From: Malacoraja senta
Lineage: Eukaryota
DNA: 64,000 bases
Direction of reading: 5' to 3'
NCBI GenBank assembly: GCA_038087875.1
Contig: CM075992.1
Location: 4,838,001-4,902,000, forward strand
Positions 11,402 to 23,407 of the stretch are shown here, in pieces. The position numbers and the translations under genes are program-made. Position 1 is the first letter of the stretch. Each line of letters starts with the position of its first letter. Below the pieces are notes generated by a model. It worked only from the letters and a program-made list of their open reading frames with translations, did no database searches and was not told where the DNA came from.

Positions 11402-11726
11402 GAATTAAACTGATTTACGGACAGGGTGATGGTTGCGGTGAGAAATGAAGCAGGAATATCAACACGTTTTGGTCTTTCTTTAAAAATTATTTTTCGTTTT
11501 TTGTCTTCTTATTCTGTTTTAAGTTTTTACTTATTCACTCTTTGACTACACTCTTTGGTAGTTTAGGGGTTTCACTATTTCTTTCACTTTCTCTCTTTCT
11601 TGCTCTTTCTCTCTTTTTCTATTTCTTTTTTGTCAAAATTAAAATGGAAGATGTACAATAAATGTATTTTGTCATATGCCGTGGTTTATATGCCTTGCTT
11701 CTAATAAAAATATATATATATTTTTT
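11402..11726 (+). mobile_element. Probable L1/Tx1-like 3'UTR insertion
   Basis: T-rich body, AATAAA and A/AT-rich end, flanked by AAATGTAGC at 11393-11401 and 11727-11735; clade is inferred. Confidence 0.5.
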
Positions 11727-11796
11727 AAATGTAGCAATAGTACCTGCAACTTATTTTCTTTGTTTGTATAAAAAACTATACAGGATTACAATCATG

Positions 11797-12197
11797 CTTG
11801 AGGGGGGGTCTTATAGAAACTTACAAGATTCTTAAGGGGTTGGACAGGCTAGATGCAGGAAGATTATTCCCGATGTTGGGGAAGTCCAGAACAAGGGGTC
11901 ACAGTTTAAGGATAAGGGGGGAGTCCTTTAGGACCGAGATGAGAAAAACAGTTTTCACACAGAGAGTGGTGAATCTCTGGAACTCTCTGGCACAGAAGGT
12001 AGTTGAGGCCAGTTCATTGGCTATATTTAAGAGGGAGTTAGATGTGGCCCTCATGGCTAAAGGGATCAGGGGGTATGGAGAGAAGGCAGGTACAGGATAC
12101 TGAGTTGGATGATCAGCCATGATCATATTGAATGGCGGTGCAGGCTCGAAGGGCCGAATGGCCTACTCCTGCACCTATTTTCTATGTTTCTATGTTT
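11797..12197 (+). mobile_element. CR1 LINE 3' fragment, young
   Basis: ORF 11798-12103 CR1 ORF2 C-terminus; highly similar to the reverse complement of 3976-4420. Confidence 0.92.
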
Positions 12198-12599
12198 ATA
12201 CATGATTGCAAACATGATTACGAAATGATTACAGTGTACAGATACAGCGTAAAGGGAATAATGTTTAGTTCATGATAACGTCCAGCGAAGTCCGATTTAA
12301 AGATAATCCGATTGTCTCCACTGAAGAAGATGGTAGGTCGGGACTGCTGTCTAGTTACTGATCAGGTAGTTCAGTTGCCTGATAACAGTTCTGCAACATA
12401 GAACTAGTAATCGCGGTTTGCATGGACTCACTGGGCTGAAGGGCCTGTTTTCATGCTGTATCTCTAAACTCAAACTAAAACATCCAATTTCTCCTGAATC
12501 TATAGGGTTGGTTGTTTGTTATCTATCAAGTCACACATTGGGGAACTGGGGCACAAACATCAGGGCTGAGTGAGAAGGCTGCAGAAATGGCATATATCC

Positions 12600-13197
12600 T
12601 CCAGCCAGAAGACTGAGGAAATTCTATGTGCCTTCAAAGACTCTTACAAACTTCTACAGACGCCCCATGGAAAGCATACTGTTGGGCTGCATCGCAGATT
12701 GGTTTGGGAACAGCAATGCCCATGATCGCTAGAAACTGCTGAAAATCATTGAGGTAGCCCAGTCCATCATACAGTCCACACTCCCCACCATTGACTCCAT
12801 CTACACTTCACGATGCCTCGGAAAAGCAGCCAGCATGATCTAAACATTTTTCCCACCCAGTTCATTCCACTTCTCCCCACTTCTGTTTGAAAGTGTGCAT
12901 CACCAGACTCAGAAACAGCTTCTTTCCCTCTGGTATCAGGCTTCTGAAGGGAACCTGGGTCCATAAGCTCGGGTACTGTCCGATTCACCTCTACCTCATT
13001 GAGGATGTAGGACTTTGGAACTGATGCGCTACAATGCTGTGAAATATATTCTGCCGTCTGTACCTATTGTACTTGAGTTTGACGATAGTATTTCTGTTTA
13101 CTATTATCTGATGTGTTTTTGGAAAGCATGCAAAGCAAAGCTGTTAGCTGTACCTCGGAACACGTGACACGTGACAATAATAAACCTAAACCTAAAA
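12600..13197 (+). mobile_element. Old Rex1/Babar-like LINE 3' fragment
   Basis: Decayed RRLRKF...TNFYRRPMESILLGCIADWFGN...DSIYTSRCLGKAAS; 3'UTR ending CACGTGACAATAATAAACCTAAAC; similar to 32900-33385. Confidence 0.7.
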
Positions 13198-15599
13198 GTT
13201 GCGGGCGTACAGTGGCAAAGTGGTAGAATTTTGGCCTTACAACGCCAGAGATCCAGGTTCGATCCTGACTACGGGTTTTGTCTGGGTGCTCTGGTTTCCT
13301 CCCACATTCCAAAGACATTAATAGGCCTCTTTAAATTACTCCCAGTGTGTAGGAAAGAATGAGTGCATGTGATCATTCATCAGAGCGGACTCAGTCGGCC
13401 GAGGGGACTGTTTCCACGCTGCACCTCTAAACTACGCTAAATTACAAGCCAGCACTGTAAAAACATGAGTTGAGGCTGCATGTCAATGTTCCTCCTTGGT
13501 TAAGGAGGGCTTGTCCACTAAGGATCCAGATGCAATTTGACCTTTGATTAGGTGTCTTAAAGAATCTTATCGCGTGAAAATTTCCATGCCACAGGCTTTC
13601 TGGTAAGGCCTAAAATCAATGTCCCATCTTGACGATCAAAAGGTCCCATGGGGTTATTCAAAAAAGAGAAGGGGATTTCTACCCGGTGCCCCGGGCCAAA
13701 ATTTAGTCTTCGCTCAACAGCGATAAAAATAAATAATCTGGTCGCTGCCACTGTACTATTAATGGGAGGATAGAACACCATAGAACATAGAACAGAGCAG
13801 AAAAGGCCCAGAGTGCTGGAGTAGTTCAGTGGGTCAGGCAGCATGATTAAATCATGCTGACCTATCTCTCCCTATCTCTCCCCAATTCTCCTGCCTATCT
13901 CTCCCCGTACCCCCTGACACCCATACTAATCAAGAATCTATCTATCTCTGCTTTAAAAGTATCAATTGACTTGGCCTCCACAGCCTTCTGTGGCAAAGCA
14001 TCCCACAGATTCTCCTGTATCAATAAGATTGGTTGCATGTGTAAGAAAGAACTGCAGATGCTGGCAAAATCGAAGGTAGACACAAAATGCTGGAGTAACT
14101 CAACGGGTGAGGCAGCATCTCTGAAGAGAAGGAATGGGTGAAGTTTTGGGTCGAGACCCTTCTTGGGGTTGGTTGCATGCTATCCATCAAGTCCCACACT
14201 GGGGAACTGGGCACAAGTATCAGTGCTGACGGAGAAATCTGTGGGAATGCTTATCTCCTCTTTGTAAAGTAAATTGACCAGTGCTTTATCTGATTCCCAT
14301 TTGAGGGACCTTGCTCTCACAGAGCTGTCTGATGCATACTCACTTTGTATCTGTGAGTTGGAGTTAAAGCAGGGAACATGATTGCTGAGTCGGCAGCTTT
14401 GTGTCTGTAAGAGGCCACATCAATTAACTGTCGGAATTAGTAGCTGCTTTCATGTCTGGCACCACAGAAGTGCACCAGAGCCATAGACTGAGATGTGGTT
14501 GCCTTTCATGGAAACCCTGAGCCAAAAGGAAGACATTTTAGCCAAAAGGAAGGATGGATGCCAACCCAGCCAAAACAAAAGATTTTCATTTCAATTTTAT
14601 TTTTTTCCAGAAAGTTTATATTTTCAGAGCAAACCATCAAAAAACAAACTCCAACCCATATTTTAACCCAACTTACCAAGAGTCATGTCAAGTGTGTTAA
14701 TGTCATATGTACTTTAAAAAAAAATAGATTGGATGGGTATATGGATGGGAAAGGAATGGAGGGTTATGGTCTGAGTGCAGGTAGATGGGACTAGGGGGAA
14801 GTATTTATTTTTAATTTTTTAAAAAAATTTAAAAAATGTTCGGCACGGACTTGAAGGGCCGAGATGGCCTGTTTCCGTGCTGTTATGGTTATATGGTTAT
14901 ATGGTTATACTAACAATAGACAATAGACAATAGGTGCAGGAGTAGGCCATTCGGCCCTTCGAGCCAGCACCACCATTCACTGTGATGGAGCAATTAAATT
15001 ATTACTTGCAGCAGCACAACAGGCTTGTAAACACAGTACTTGATGGATAATATAATAAACAGACATTTTAAAAAAGTTCAATAAATTAAAAAAAACAATT
15101 GGTGCAAAAGTCAAAACAAAGCCCAAAGTCCCTCGTGCAATCACGGCAGTTCATAATTCGGAGTTTAGTTGGAGTCCGTAGTGTTCAACAGCCTATTAGT
15201 TAATTTAATTAGTTCGTTGAGTTAATTGTCACGTGTACCGAGGTGCAATGAAATGCTTTGATGGTTGTGGGGAATAAGCTGCTCCTAATCCTGGACGCTG
15301 AATCAACATTGTGGAATGATCTTTTCAAACACTCCATAAAAAAAATAAACAAATTTGTAAAAGTGACTCACTCACATCAAGTGGGGAGAGAATGAGGGAG
15401 AAAGCGGTTGATGTGAATCTTTTTTTATGCTTTCCTGCAGTCATTAGCAATATGAGTCAAGCACTCCCACAGAGAGCTGCCTGTTGAAGGTGTGTGTGAG
15501 TGACCCTCTGCCATCCTTCAAGCACGACAGATGAATGTCCACTTGCCGCTGCTCCCTCCCGCGGAGGTTGAAGACCTCTCCCCACCTCACGTCCACCAT

Positions 15600-16110
15600 A
15601 CGATACGATAGAACTTTATTTATCCCAGGAGGGAAATTGATCTGCCAACAGTCATAAAATCACAAAATACATGAAACATGAAATTAAAGTGACGTGTGGA
15701 AAGGATGAGGGATGTGCAAAGATTGGGGAGGGGGGGGGGGTCTGTCTCAGTCCACCCCATGACAGAAGGGGGAGGAGTTGTACACTTTGATAGCCAAAGG
15801 GAAGAAGGATCTCCTGTGGCGTTCTGTGCTGCATCGTGGTGGAACCAGTCTGTTGCTGAAGGTGCTCCCCAGGTTGACCAGAGTGTCATGGAGGGGGTGA
15901 GCTGTATTGTCCAGGATGCTCTGCAGTTTGAGGAGCATCCTCCCCTCAAAGACCACCTCCCATGATTCCAACTCCAACTCCTCCCCCAGGATGGAGCCAG
16001 CCTTCCTGAAGAGTTTGTTGATCCTATAGGTGTCCAAGGCCTTCGCCCTGCTGCCCCAGCACACGACAGCGATGAAGAGGGCACTGGCTACCACCGATTG
16101 GTAGAACATC
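15600..16110 (-). mobile_element. Rex1/Babar-clade LINE 3' end
   Basis: ORF 15747-16109 (FYQSVVASALFIAVVCWG...AHPLHD...RRSFFPLAIKVYN), tail CCTGGGATAAATAAAGTTCTATCGTATCGTAT. Confidence 0.85.
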
Positions 16111-16889
16111 TACAAAGTGCCTGCACACTGCCACAATTGCCTTATGTCTCCAGTGACCCGCGTTCGATTCTGACTGCGTGGAGTTTGCACGTTCTCCTTG
16201 TGACAACGCCGATTTCCATCGGGTGTTCGGGTTTCCTCCCACATCCCCACAGGTGTGCCGGTTGGCCAGTTAATTAATACCTGTAAATTACCTTCGTGTG
16301 TAGGTGAGTGTAGAATCTGGAAGGGAGTTGATGTCGAGGCAAAGTGGTTCAGGGTGGAATTAGTTTAATAATAGGTGATTAATGGTGAGCCTGGATTCAA
16401 TGGGCTGAAGGAGCTTTTTCCCATACTGTATATCACTCTCTATATGAATTCCTTACCACAAAATTCAGGAGCATAATTCAAATATAGTGTACTTCTGAGA
16501 GATATCAAACTAAATGGTAGATAAAGATGTACCATTGCTACAAACCTCATGGTCAATGCTGTCATGCCAAGGATATTTTTTATTATTCCTTTACTATCAT
16601 GTGTAGCCCATCCTAGACTGCCTCTGATCCAAGGAAGTTGTTAAGAGCTAATCAGGTTGATGGGTCTGGAGTAACATTTAAGCCAGATAAATGGGTCCAG
16701 CAGATTGAGGCAATCATAAAGAAAGCCTATCAACGCCTCTACTTCCTAAGAAGATTGAGCAGATTTGGAATATCAGTGAATGCTATCTTAAACTTCTACG
16801 GTTGTACAGTTGAGAGCATATGACAGGTTGCATCACAGCCTGTTTCGGCAAGTTGAACGCCCATGAACAAAGAACGCCCCTGTCTACCA

Positions 16890-17612
16890 GTGGCACAACT
16901 GGTAGAGTAGCTGACTCACAGCGTCAGCGACCCAGGTTCAATCCTAACCATGGGTGCTGTCTGTGTGTGGAGCTTCCATGTTCTCCCTGTGACCACGTGG
17001 GTTTCTTCTGCCCATATCCCCCCATATCCCAAAGACGTACAGATTTGTAGATTTGTTGGCCTCTGTAAATTGCACGTAATTGCGAGTGTGTAAGGAGTGG
17101 ATGCAATAATGGGATAACATAGAACTAGTATGAATGAGTGACCAATGGTCAGGAAGGAACTGTAGATGCTGGTTTACATAGAAAATAGACACAAAATGCT
17201 GGAGCAACACAGCGGGACAGGCAGCATCTCTGGAGAGACTCTCCACAGTTGCTAGACATAAAATGCTGGAGTAACTCAGCGGGACAGGCAACATTTCTGA
17301 ATAGAAGGAATGGTTGACATTTCGGGTCATGACCCTTCATCTGAAGAAGTCTGAAGAAGGGTCTCGACCCGAAACGTCACCCATTCCTTCTCTCCAGAGA
17401 TGCTGCCTGTCCCTCTGAGTTACTCCAGTATTTTGTGTCTATCTTCGGTTTAAACCAGCATCAGCAGTTCCTTCCTCCACAGATGCTGCCTGACCCGCTG
17501 AGTTACTCCAGCATTTTGTGTCTATGACCAATGGTCAGCATGGACTCGATGGGCCAAAGGAGCTGTTTCCATGCTGTACCTTTAAACTAAACTCGACACT
17601 AAACTAAGCTAA
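16890..17612 (+). mobile_element. V-SINE interrupted by a composite PLE pLTR insertion (17153-17524)
   Basis: SINE head, V-domain and tail split by pLTR units flanked by TGACCAATGGTCAG at 17139-17152 and 17525-17538. Confidence 0.8.
17349..17380 (+). ncRNA. Minimal hammerhead-like motif in Penelope pLTR (representative copy)
   Basis: GU-CUGAAGA-A-GGGU(CUCG)ACCC-GAAAC-GUC-AC; core intact, stem III reduced to the ACGU palindrome, stem I only 2 bp. Confidence 0.55.
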
Positions 17613-18252
17613 ACAAAGACCTCAAACAGCATGTACATATGAGAATGGACAAGTTACATTTGTCCTGTCAAGTAAGATGTTCTTAATGTAATACGATGAG
17701 TAAAAGTTCCTCAACTCATGAAGGGTCCAAATTATGAATGAATATATTAAGGTCATGGCTGAACACAACTGAATGAGATTGAATAAATCTTTCCATCTTT
17801 GGATGTTTTGGTGATTAAATTAGTTACCATTGATTATATTCCAGCTTATTGCAATCACATCCATTTTAAAATAAACGGTGGAAGCTCTAATTGTGGCGCT
17901 TGTTCCTCGGGAGATGACTTGTTAGTGCAATTTGGTTGCAGCGGAAATACTTTACGGGCTATCAGCTTAGAACGAGCTTGATTCTGAGAGTAAAAGTGCT
18001 AAGAATAGACTGGCGGAGTTTGCTCTCCTCCTGAGAGAGGTAAAACTCAAATGAACCATGTCTAAAGAGACCAAAAAGCCGAAAGGCTCTGATAATGTTG
18101 TAAAATGTGATAGGGAACATGTACAGGATAATGAAACGCCGCATTTAATCACTGAGAATGGATCTACCACTGCTCATGTGGAGACTGATACATTTATAGA
18201 CTCTTTGCAAAGCTTTTTAAAGCAACTGTGAAAAGCTTCTATTTGTTTTAAA

Positions 18253-18562
18253 GGGCGGCATGGTGGCACAGTGGTAGAGTTGCTGCCTTACAGCACCAGA
18301 GACCCGTGTTCAATCCCGACGACGGTTGCTGTATGTACGGAGTTTGGACGTTCTCCCCGTGACCGCGTGGGTTTGCTCCAAGATCTTCGGTTTCCTCCCA
18401 CACTCCAAAAATGTGCAGGTTTGTAGGTTAATTGGCCTGGTATGAATGTAAATTGTCCCTAGTGTGTGTAGGGTCGTGTTAATGTGCGGAGATCGCTGGT
18501 CAGCACGGACTCGGTGGGCCGAAGGGCCTGTTTCCGCGCTTTATCTGTAAAAATAAAAATAA
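18253..18562 (+). mobile_element. V-SINE (HE1-like), full length
   Basis: GGGCGGCATGGTGGCACAGTGG head, B box GTTCAATCC, V-domain GGTTTCCTCCCACACTCCAAA, CR1-shared tail GGGCCGAAGGGCCTGTTTCC. Confidence 0.88.
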
Positions 18563-19254
18563 AACAAGAGGAATTCCACCCATCTACTGACTGGAAGGCC
18601 CCTAAAGAGACCAATTGAACCCAGTCCATAATGGGTGAGGATTCCCCATGCAAAACAGCTCTTACTGAATCGTTAAGAAAAGATAATAGTTACCAGAAAA
18701 TTAAAAATGGAAATTAGGGGGTGTTGATTCCGAACACAAACCAAGAAACATTCAGAAGCGCAATCTATTTCTGCTCATACGAGTTGAAATGAATTGTTGG
18801 AGAAATCCACTGCTCATCCTCGAAATATAACCATGCAATCTAAAAAGGCAGACATGGTCTTAGCCCACAAAAGTCCCTCTGACAATGCAACAGTTCCTCC
18901 ACTTTGCAATGGAGGATTGGTTTTATATTTTGTGTTCTGGAGGGTAGTGTCTTCTGACTCAGAACTGAGACGGTTGCCTACCTGGACTAGACCGGTTCTC
19001 CTTCAGCTAATGTGCAACTCCAAGGGGTCTGGTCCATCTCCGCAGCTTCACCTTGTCTCTTTGTTGTCATGTTGCAAGAACAGAATCTGTTTAACCATGA
19101 GAGACATTAAGATCAAGCCTTAATCAGTCTTCGCCAGTCCTTGTACAGAATCTTAAGAAGAGTCTCGACCCGGAACGTCACCCATTCCTTCTCTCCAGAG
19201 ATGCTGCCTGTCCCACTGAGTTACTCCAGCATTTTGTGTCTATCTGCAGAATCT

Positions 19255-19566
19255 TTAGTTTTAGTTTAGTTTAGTTTAGAGATGCAGCACGGAAACAAGC
19301 CCACCGAGTCCGCGCCGACCAGCGATCCCTGCACACTAACGCTATCCTACACACACTAGGGACAATTTACATTTATACCAAGCCAATTAATCTGCAAACC
19401 TGTACGTCTGTGGAGTGTGGGAGGAAACTGGAGATCCGGAGAAAACCCATGCAGATCACAGGGAAAATGTACAAACTCCGTACAGACAGCATCTGTGGTC
19501 GGGATCGAACCCAGGTCTCAAGTGCTGTAAGGTAGCAACTCTACCGCTGCATCATCGTGCCGCCCT
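19255..19566 (-). mobile_element. V-SINE (HE1-like), full length
   Basis: Reverse complement of consensus with (CTAAA)n tail. Confidence 0.88.
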
Positions 19567-20201
19567 GCCACCCCACTGAGTTTCGTTCAAGTCTGGCAAT
19601 CATAAAGTCATAGAGTAACGGAAACACTCTTTTGACCAACATCCATATGACCAAGATGCCCCATACAATTGTGCCACTGGCCTGTGTTTGTCCAATATCC
19701 CTCTATACCTTTCCCATCCACATACCTGTCCAAATAGAGCAGAACATAGAACAAAACAGCACAAGAATAAGAACAGGCCCTTCAGCTCACAATGTCTCTG
19801 CTGAACATAATGCCGAGTCTGACACTTATCTGCTTGCGGATAATCCTTATCCCTCCATTCCCTGCATGTCCATACACGTATCCATAACTCTCTGAAATGC
19901 CACTATTATATCTGCCTCAACCATCAATCATAATAATAATAATAATAGTCTATTGTAGTTCAGAGCTTATTTGAGGTTGTAGTGATTAATAGCAAGATTA
20001 AACGAGAACTTACCAGTTTGAAGTTTGATCTTTATTTTATGAGGAGTTACGTCGAGGGACTACGTGAAGACCCCGCCAGCACGCATGCGCGACATTCTTC
20101 AAAGCAACGGTGTGGAATCAGTAATAGTAATGAAATAAACATAGTAAGATAAGAAGAACTAGGATACCAGTTGACCTTTACAAGAGGGTGGACGAGGAGG
20201 G

Positions 20202-20314
20202 CACGTAATCCCTCGACGTAATGCCTCATAAAATAAAGATCAAACTTCAAACTGGTAAGTTCTCGTTTAATCTTACTATTTTACTTCGGAGTCACGTGAG
20301 TGACTACGTGAAGA
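20202..20314. repeat. DIRS internal complementary region (ICR)
   Basis: 20202-20280 is the near-exact reverse complement of 19988-20066; 20281-20314 is the near-exact reverse complement of 24830-24863. Confidence 0.93.
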
Positions 20315-20485
20315 TTTTAAAGATCTGTGATTTCATACCGTGGAACAGGTCCATGCCTCACTCACTGCCGAAGTCATCCAAGGGAGGAAGTATGTTATCG
20401 TCATTAAACATGAATCAATTTTTCAAACAATAACGATTTATTTATTTATTTTTTAACAAAGCAAATAATGCTCCTTCGGGCTAAA

Positions 20486-21469
20486 TTATATTGCAGAACT
20501 TAAAATTCTTTCTGCAAACACTGCAGGTTTGGCGATCGGCTTATTATAAAATATTTGGAAAGTCTTTTCCGTAGACCATCCTGCTGTCGCCAGGATATGG
20601 TCCATTGGTACCTCCATATTTCTTGCCGCCGATGTTGCTGCTGCCCTGGTGGAGTGAGATTTTAAAATGTCAGTATCCACCCCAGCAGCCCCCAGAACCT
20701 GTCTGAGCCATCTTGAGATGGTCTGTACTGACACCCGTCCATGAGGCTGTTTGAAACTAACCCATAATGCCATTTTGCTTCCTCTTAAGGATTTTGTTGT
20801 CCTAAGATAAAGCAGTAGATGTGTCATGACACACATACGGGGGTCAGATGGGTATGCCCGGAATTCCAAACTCAGTCCCGAAGTTCCTGGTCTATTCTGT
20901 TTGACCAACTCCAAGATCCGGAAGGTTATCTTATCAGTTGATGATTCCATATTGTCCAATCTTAATTTGTATAGGGACTGGACCCTTTGAGCTGAGACCA
21001 AAGCCATCAGCATTACTGTTTTCAGTGTGAGCTGTTCCAGGAACAGGGACATTGCTGGTGACCAACCCCTTAGCAATGTCAGTACAACACTGACGTCCCA
21101 GATCTGGGTGTACCTTGGTCTGGGGGGGTTGGTGTTGTAGATACCCCTCATTAGTTTGGCAACTAGAGGGTGGGATCCCATGGACTGCTGTCCCGGTGCC
21201 TGCCATAAATATGCTGACAGAGCACTCCTAGCACTGTTAGTTGTGCTGTAACTCAGTCCTTCATCAAAGTGAAGGCTGGATAGGAACTCCAGGACATTGG
21301 TAATTGTAGCTGATTTGTATGCTACCCCAGTCCTTGAGCAGTACACTTCCCACTTCCGAATGCTGTAGAGGTACTGCTTCTTAGTGGATTCTCGGTAGGC
21401 CGCCGTCATCATGTTCATGGTCCTGTCCGACAGTCCCAGATCCAAAAGAGGTATTTTTAAATTCTGCAA
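20486..21469 (-). CDS. DIRS tyrosine recombinase (uninterrupted ORF)
   Basis: 327-aa ORF with SAQRVQSL (R), HSTR (HxxR), AGWS (W) and FQIFY (Y); N-terminal integrase core-binding-like region. True start codon uncertain. Confidence 0.9.
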   Translation of the reverse strand: MQNLKIPLLDLGLSDRTMNMMTAAYRESTKKQYLYSIRKWEVYCSRTGVAYKSATITNVLEFLSSLHFDEGLSYSTTNSARSALSAYLWQAPGQQSMGSHPLVAKLMRGIYNTNPPRPRYTQIWDVSVVLTLLRGWSPAMSLFLEQLTLKTVMLMALVSAQRVQSLYKLRLDNMESSTDKITFRILELVKQNRPGTSGLSLEFRAYPSDPRMCVMTHLLLYLRTTKSLRGSKMALWVSFKQPHGRVSVQTISRWLRQVLGAAGVDTDILKSHSTRAAATSAARNMEVPMDHILATAGWSTEKTFQIFYNKPIAKPAVFAERILSSAI

Positions 21470-23390
21470 GCCAACAGATTTATCCTGTCATGGCATGGAT
21501 GACTTTTGCCCGTAACAGGATGGACCAAGAGATCTGGTCTTTTGGGAATGGTCATGAGTGGTTCAGAGACCATGTCGAGGACCACAGGGAACCATGGCTG
21601 TGTAGGCCAATCGGGTACTACCAAAATACCTGAAGCTGAGTCCATTTGTATTTTGCGTAGGACCCGACTGATGAGGCAGAAGCGGGGAAAGGCATAGAAA
21701 AACAATTTTCCTCAATTCAGCGAAAACACATCCATCGCTGCTGCCTCAGGGTCTGGTTCCGCTTGCGACATATGTTGGTAACTGGTGATTCAGTCTGGAT
21801 GCAAAGAGATCGATATCAGGTGTACCATACCGCATTGTAATATCAGCAAATACTTTGTGGTTCAACATCCATTCGGTGTTGTCATTAAATTTTCGTGACC
21901 TGGTGTCTGCCACTCTATTGAGCTTACCTTGTAGGTAAGTTGCTGATAGCCAAATATGTCTGTCGACACACCATTGCCAAATTGTGCTGAGCAAATCGTC
22001 ACACGATATCGATTTTATTCCACCCATATGATTAATATAAGCCACCACTGTGGTATTGTCAATTTGTAGGCGGACATGCAAATGGTGCATAGCTGAACAG
22101 TAAGCTTTTAGCCCATAAAACCCACCCAACATTTCTAAGTAATTTATACCCAGTGTCTGTAGTAGTGATGATTCTTGTATGTTCCATCTACCACCCAGTA
22201 CTAGATATAGTGTTAGTTGCTCCCCAGCCCTGAGCACTGGCATCCGTTTGTAATGTGAATGATGGGTTACTAATAACGATGGGGCTGGAACTATGCCAAA
22301 TGTTTTCTCTCCACCATTGTAACTCCGAAATTGCTTTGGCTGGTAATTGCATTGCCCGATCAAAATGACCTTCATGTTGTTTTAGCGCTTGCACCTTTGC
22401 CCTTTGTAAATTTTGGTAATGCAAAGGTCCAACTGAGTAGCTGGAAATGCTGCTACTAGTTTCCAATCACTTTTGCCACCTGTCGAATAGATGGTTGATT
22501 AGTAACAATCAATTTGTTGCAGACTTCCACCAAATCTGCTGCTTTGTCCTTTGGCAATGTTACAGACATGTGGACAGAGTTAATTGTGAATCCAGATGGT
22601 CCATAGTTGTGGATGGTGTCAACTTAGATTTATCTGGATGTATGATAAACCCCAGTGTTTCAAACAGATGTTTGGTAGCTAAAACCGCTGATTTAGCTAA
22701 TTCCAGGGTTTTCCCACAATCAAAATATCATCAAGATATGCCGTAACAACATGTTTTTGTTTCCTAGTATTGCCAAGGCTGGTTTCAATATCTTGATAAA
22801 TAGTCTTGGGGCTGATGTTAACCATTAGGCAACGCTTTATACTGCCATAGTTGCCCCATCCAGTTAAATTTTAGGTATCTATGATGATCCTTATGAATGA
22901 GTACTGAATAGTATGCATCTTCTTAAATCGATGCATGCCATGAAGTATCCTTCGGAAACTAATTGTTTGGCAGTAACAAATGTTTCCATTTTGAAATGTA
23001 TATAGTTAACAAAAGTATTCAGTTTAGTTAAGTCAATGATGATGCGACATCCACCATCTTTCTTAGTTTTTGTAATTATGTTCGATACAAATTCCAGAGA
23101 GTCATGCTCCGTTCTCTCTATAACTCCTTTAGCATGTAAACCTCACCGGTTCTGCATGTCCTTTGGAATTTTTCCCCTTGTGAGAGTACAAACTCCCTGT
23201 CAGGTACATGTTGAACTGGTGGCATACTTTTTTGGATGAAATCAATTTTGTATCCCTGAATACTTTGTAGTATATATTTATCAAATGTGATATTCCTCCA
23301 TGCTTCCCAAAACAAGTGTAACCTTCCCCCTGTTAGTACAGGGCCTACACCTTTTATGTTCTGGAAGGAACTAGACCCACCTACCTCCAT
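21457..23390 (-). pseudogene. DIRS pol: RT, RNase H and methyltransferase-like domain, frameshifted
   Basis: GGRLHLFWEAW...IQGYKIDF; KKDGGCRIIIDL; LPNGLTSAPRLF; YLDD at 22727-22738; QTDASAQGWG, INYLEM, IDNTTVVAYINHMGG, NRVADTRSR; DIDLFAS and YAFP...VVPDWPTQPWFP. Confidence 0.9.
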
Positions 23391-23407
23391 GGTTACCGGT
23401 GGTAAGT

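Noticed and set aside
15441..15495. Candidate plus-strand exon (CTGCAG acceptor, GTGAGT donor)
   Set aside because: Stops in all three frames; at most a non-coding exon with no other support.
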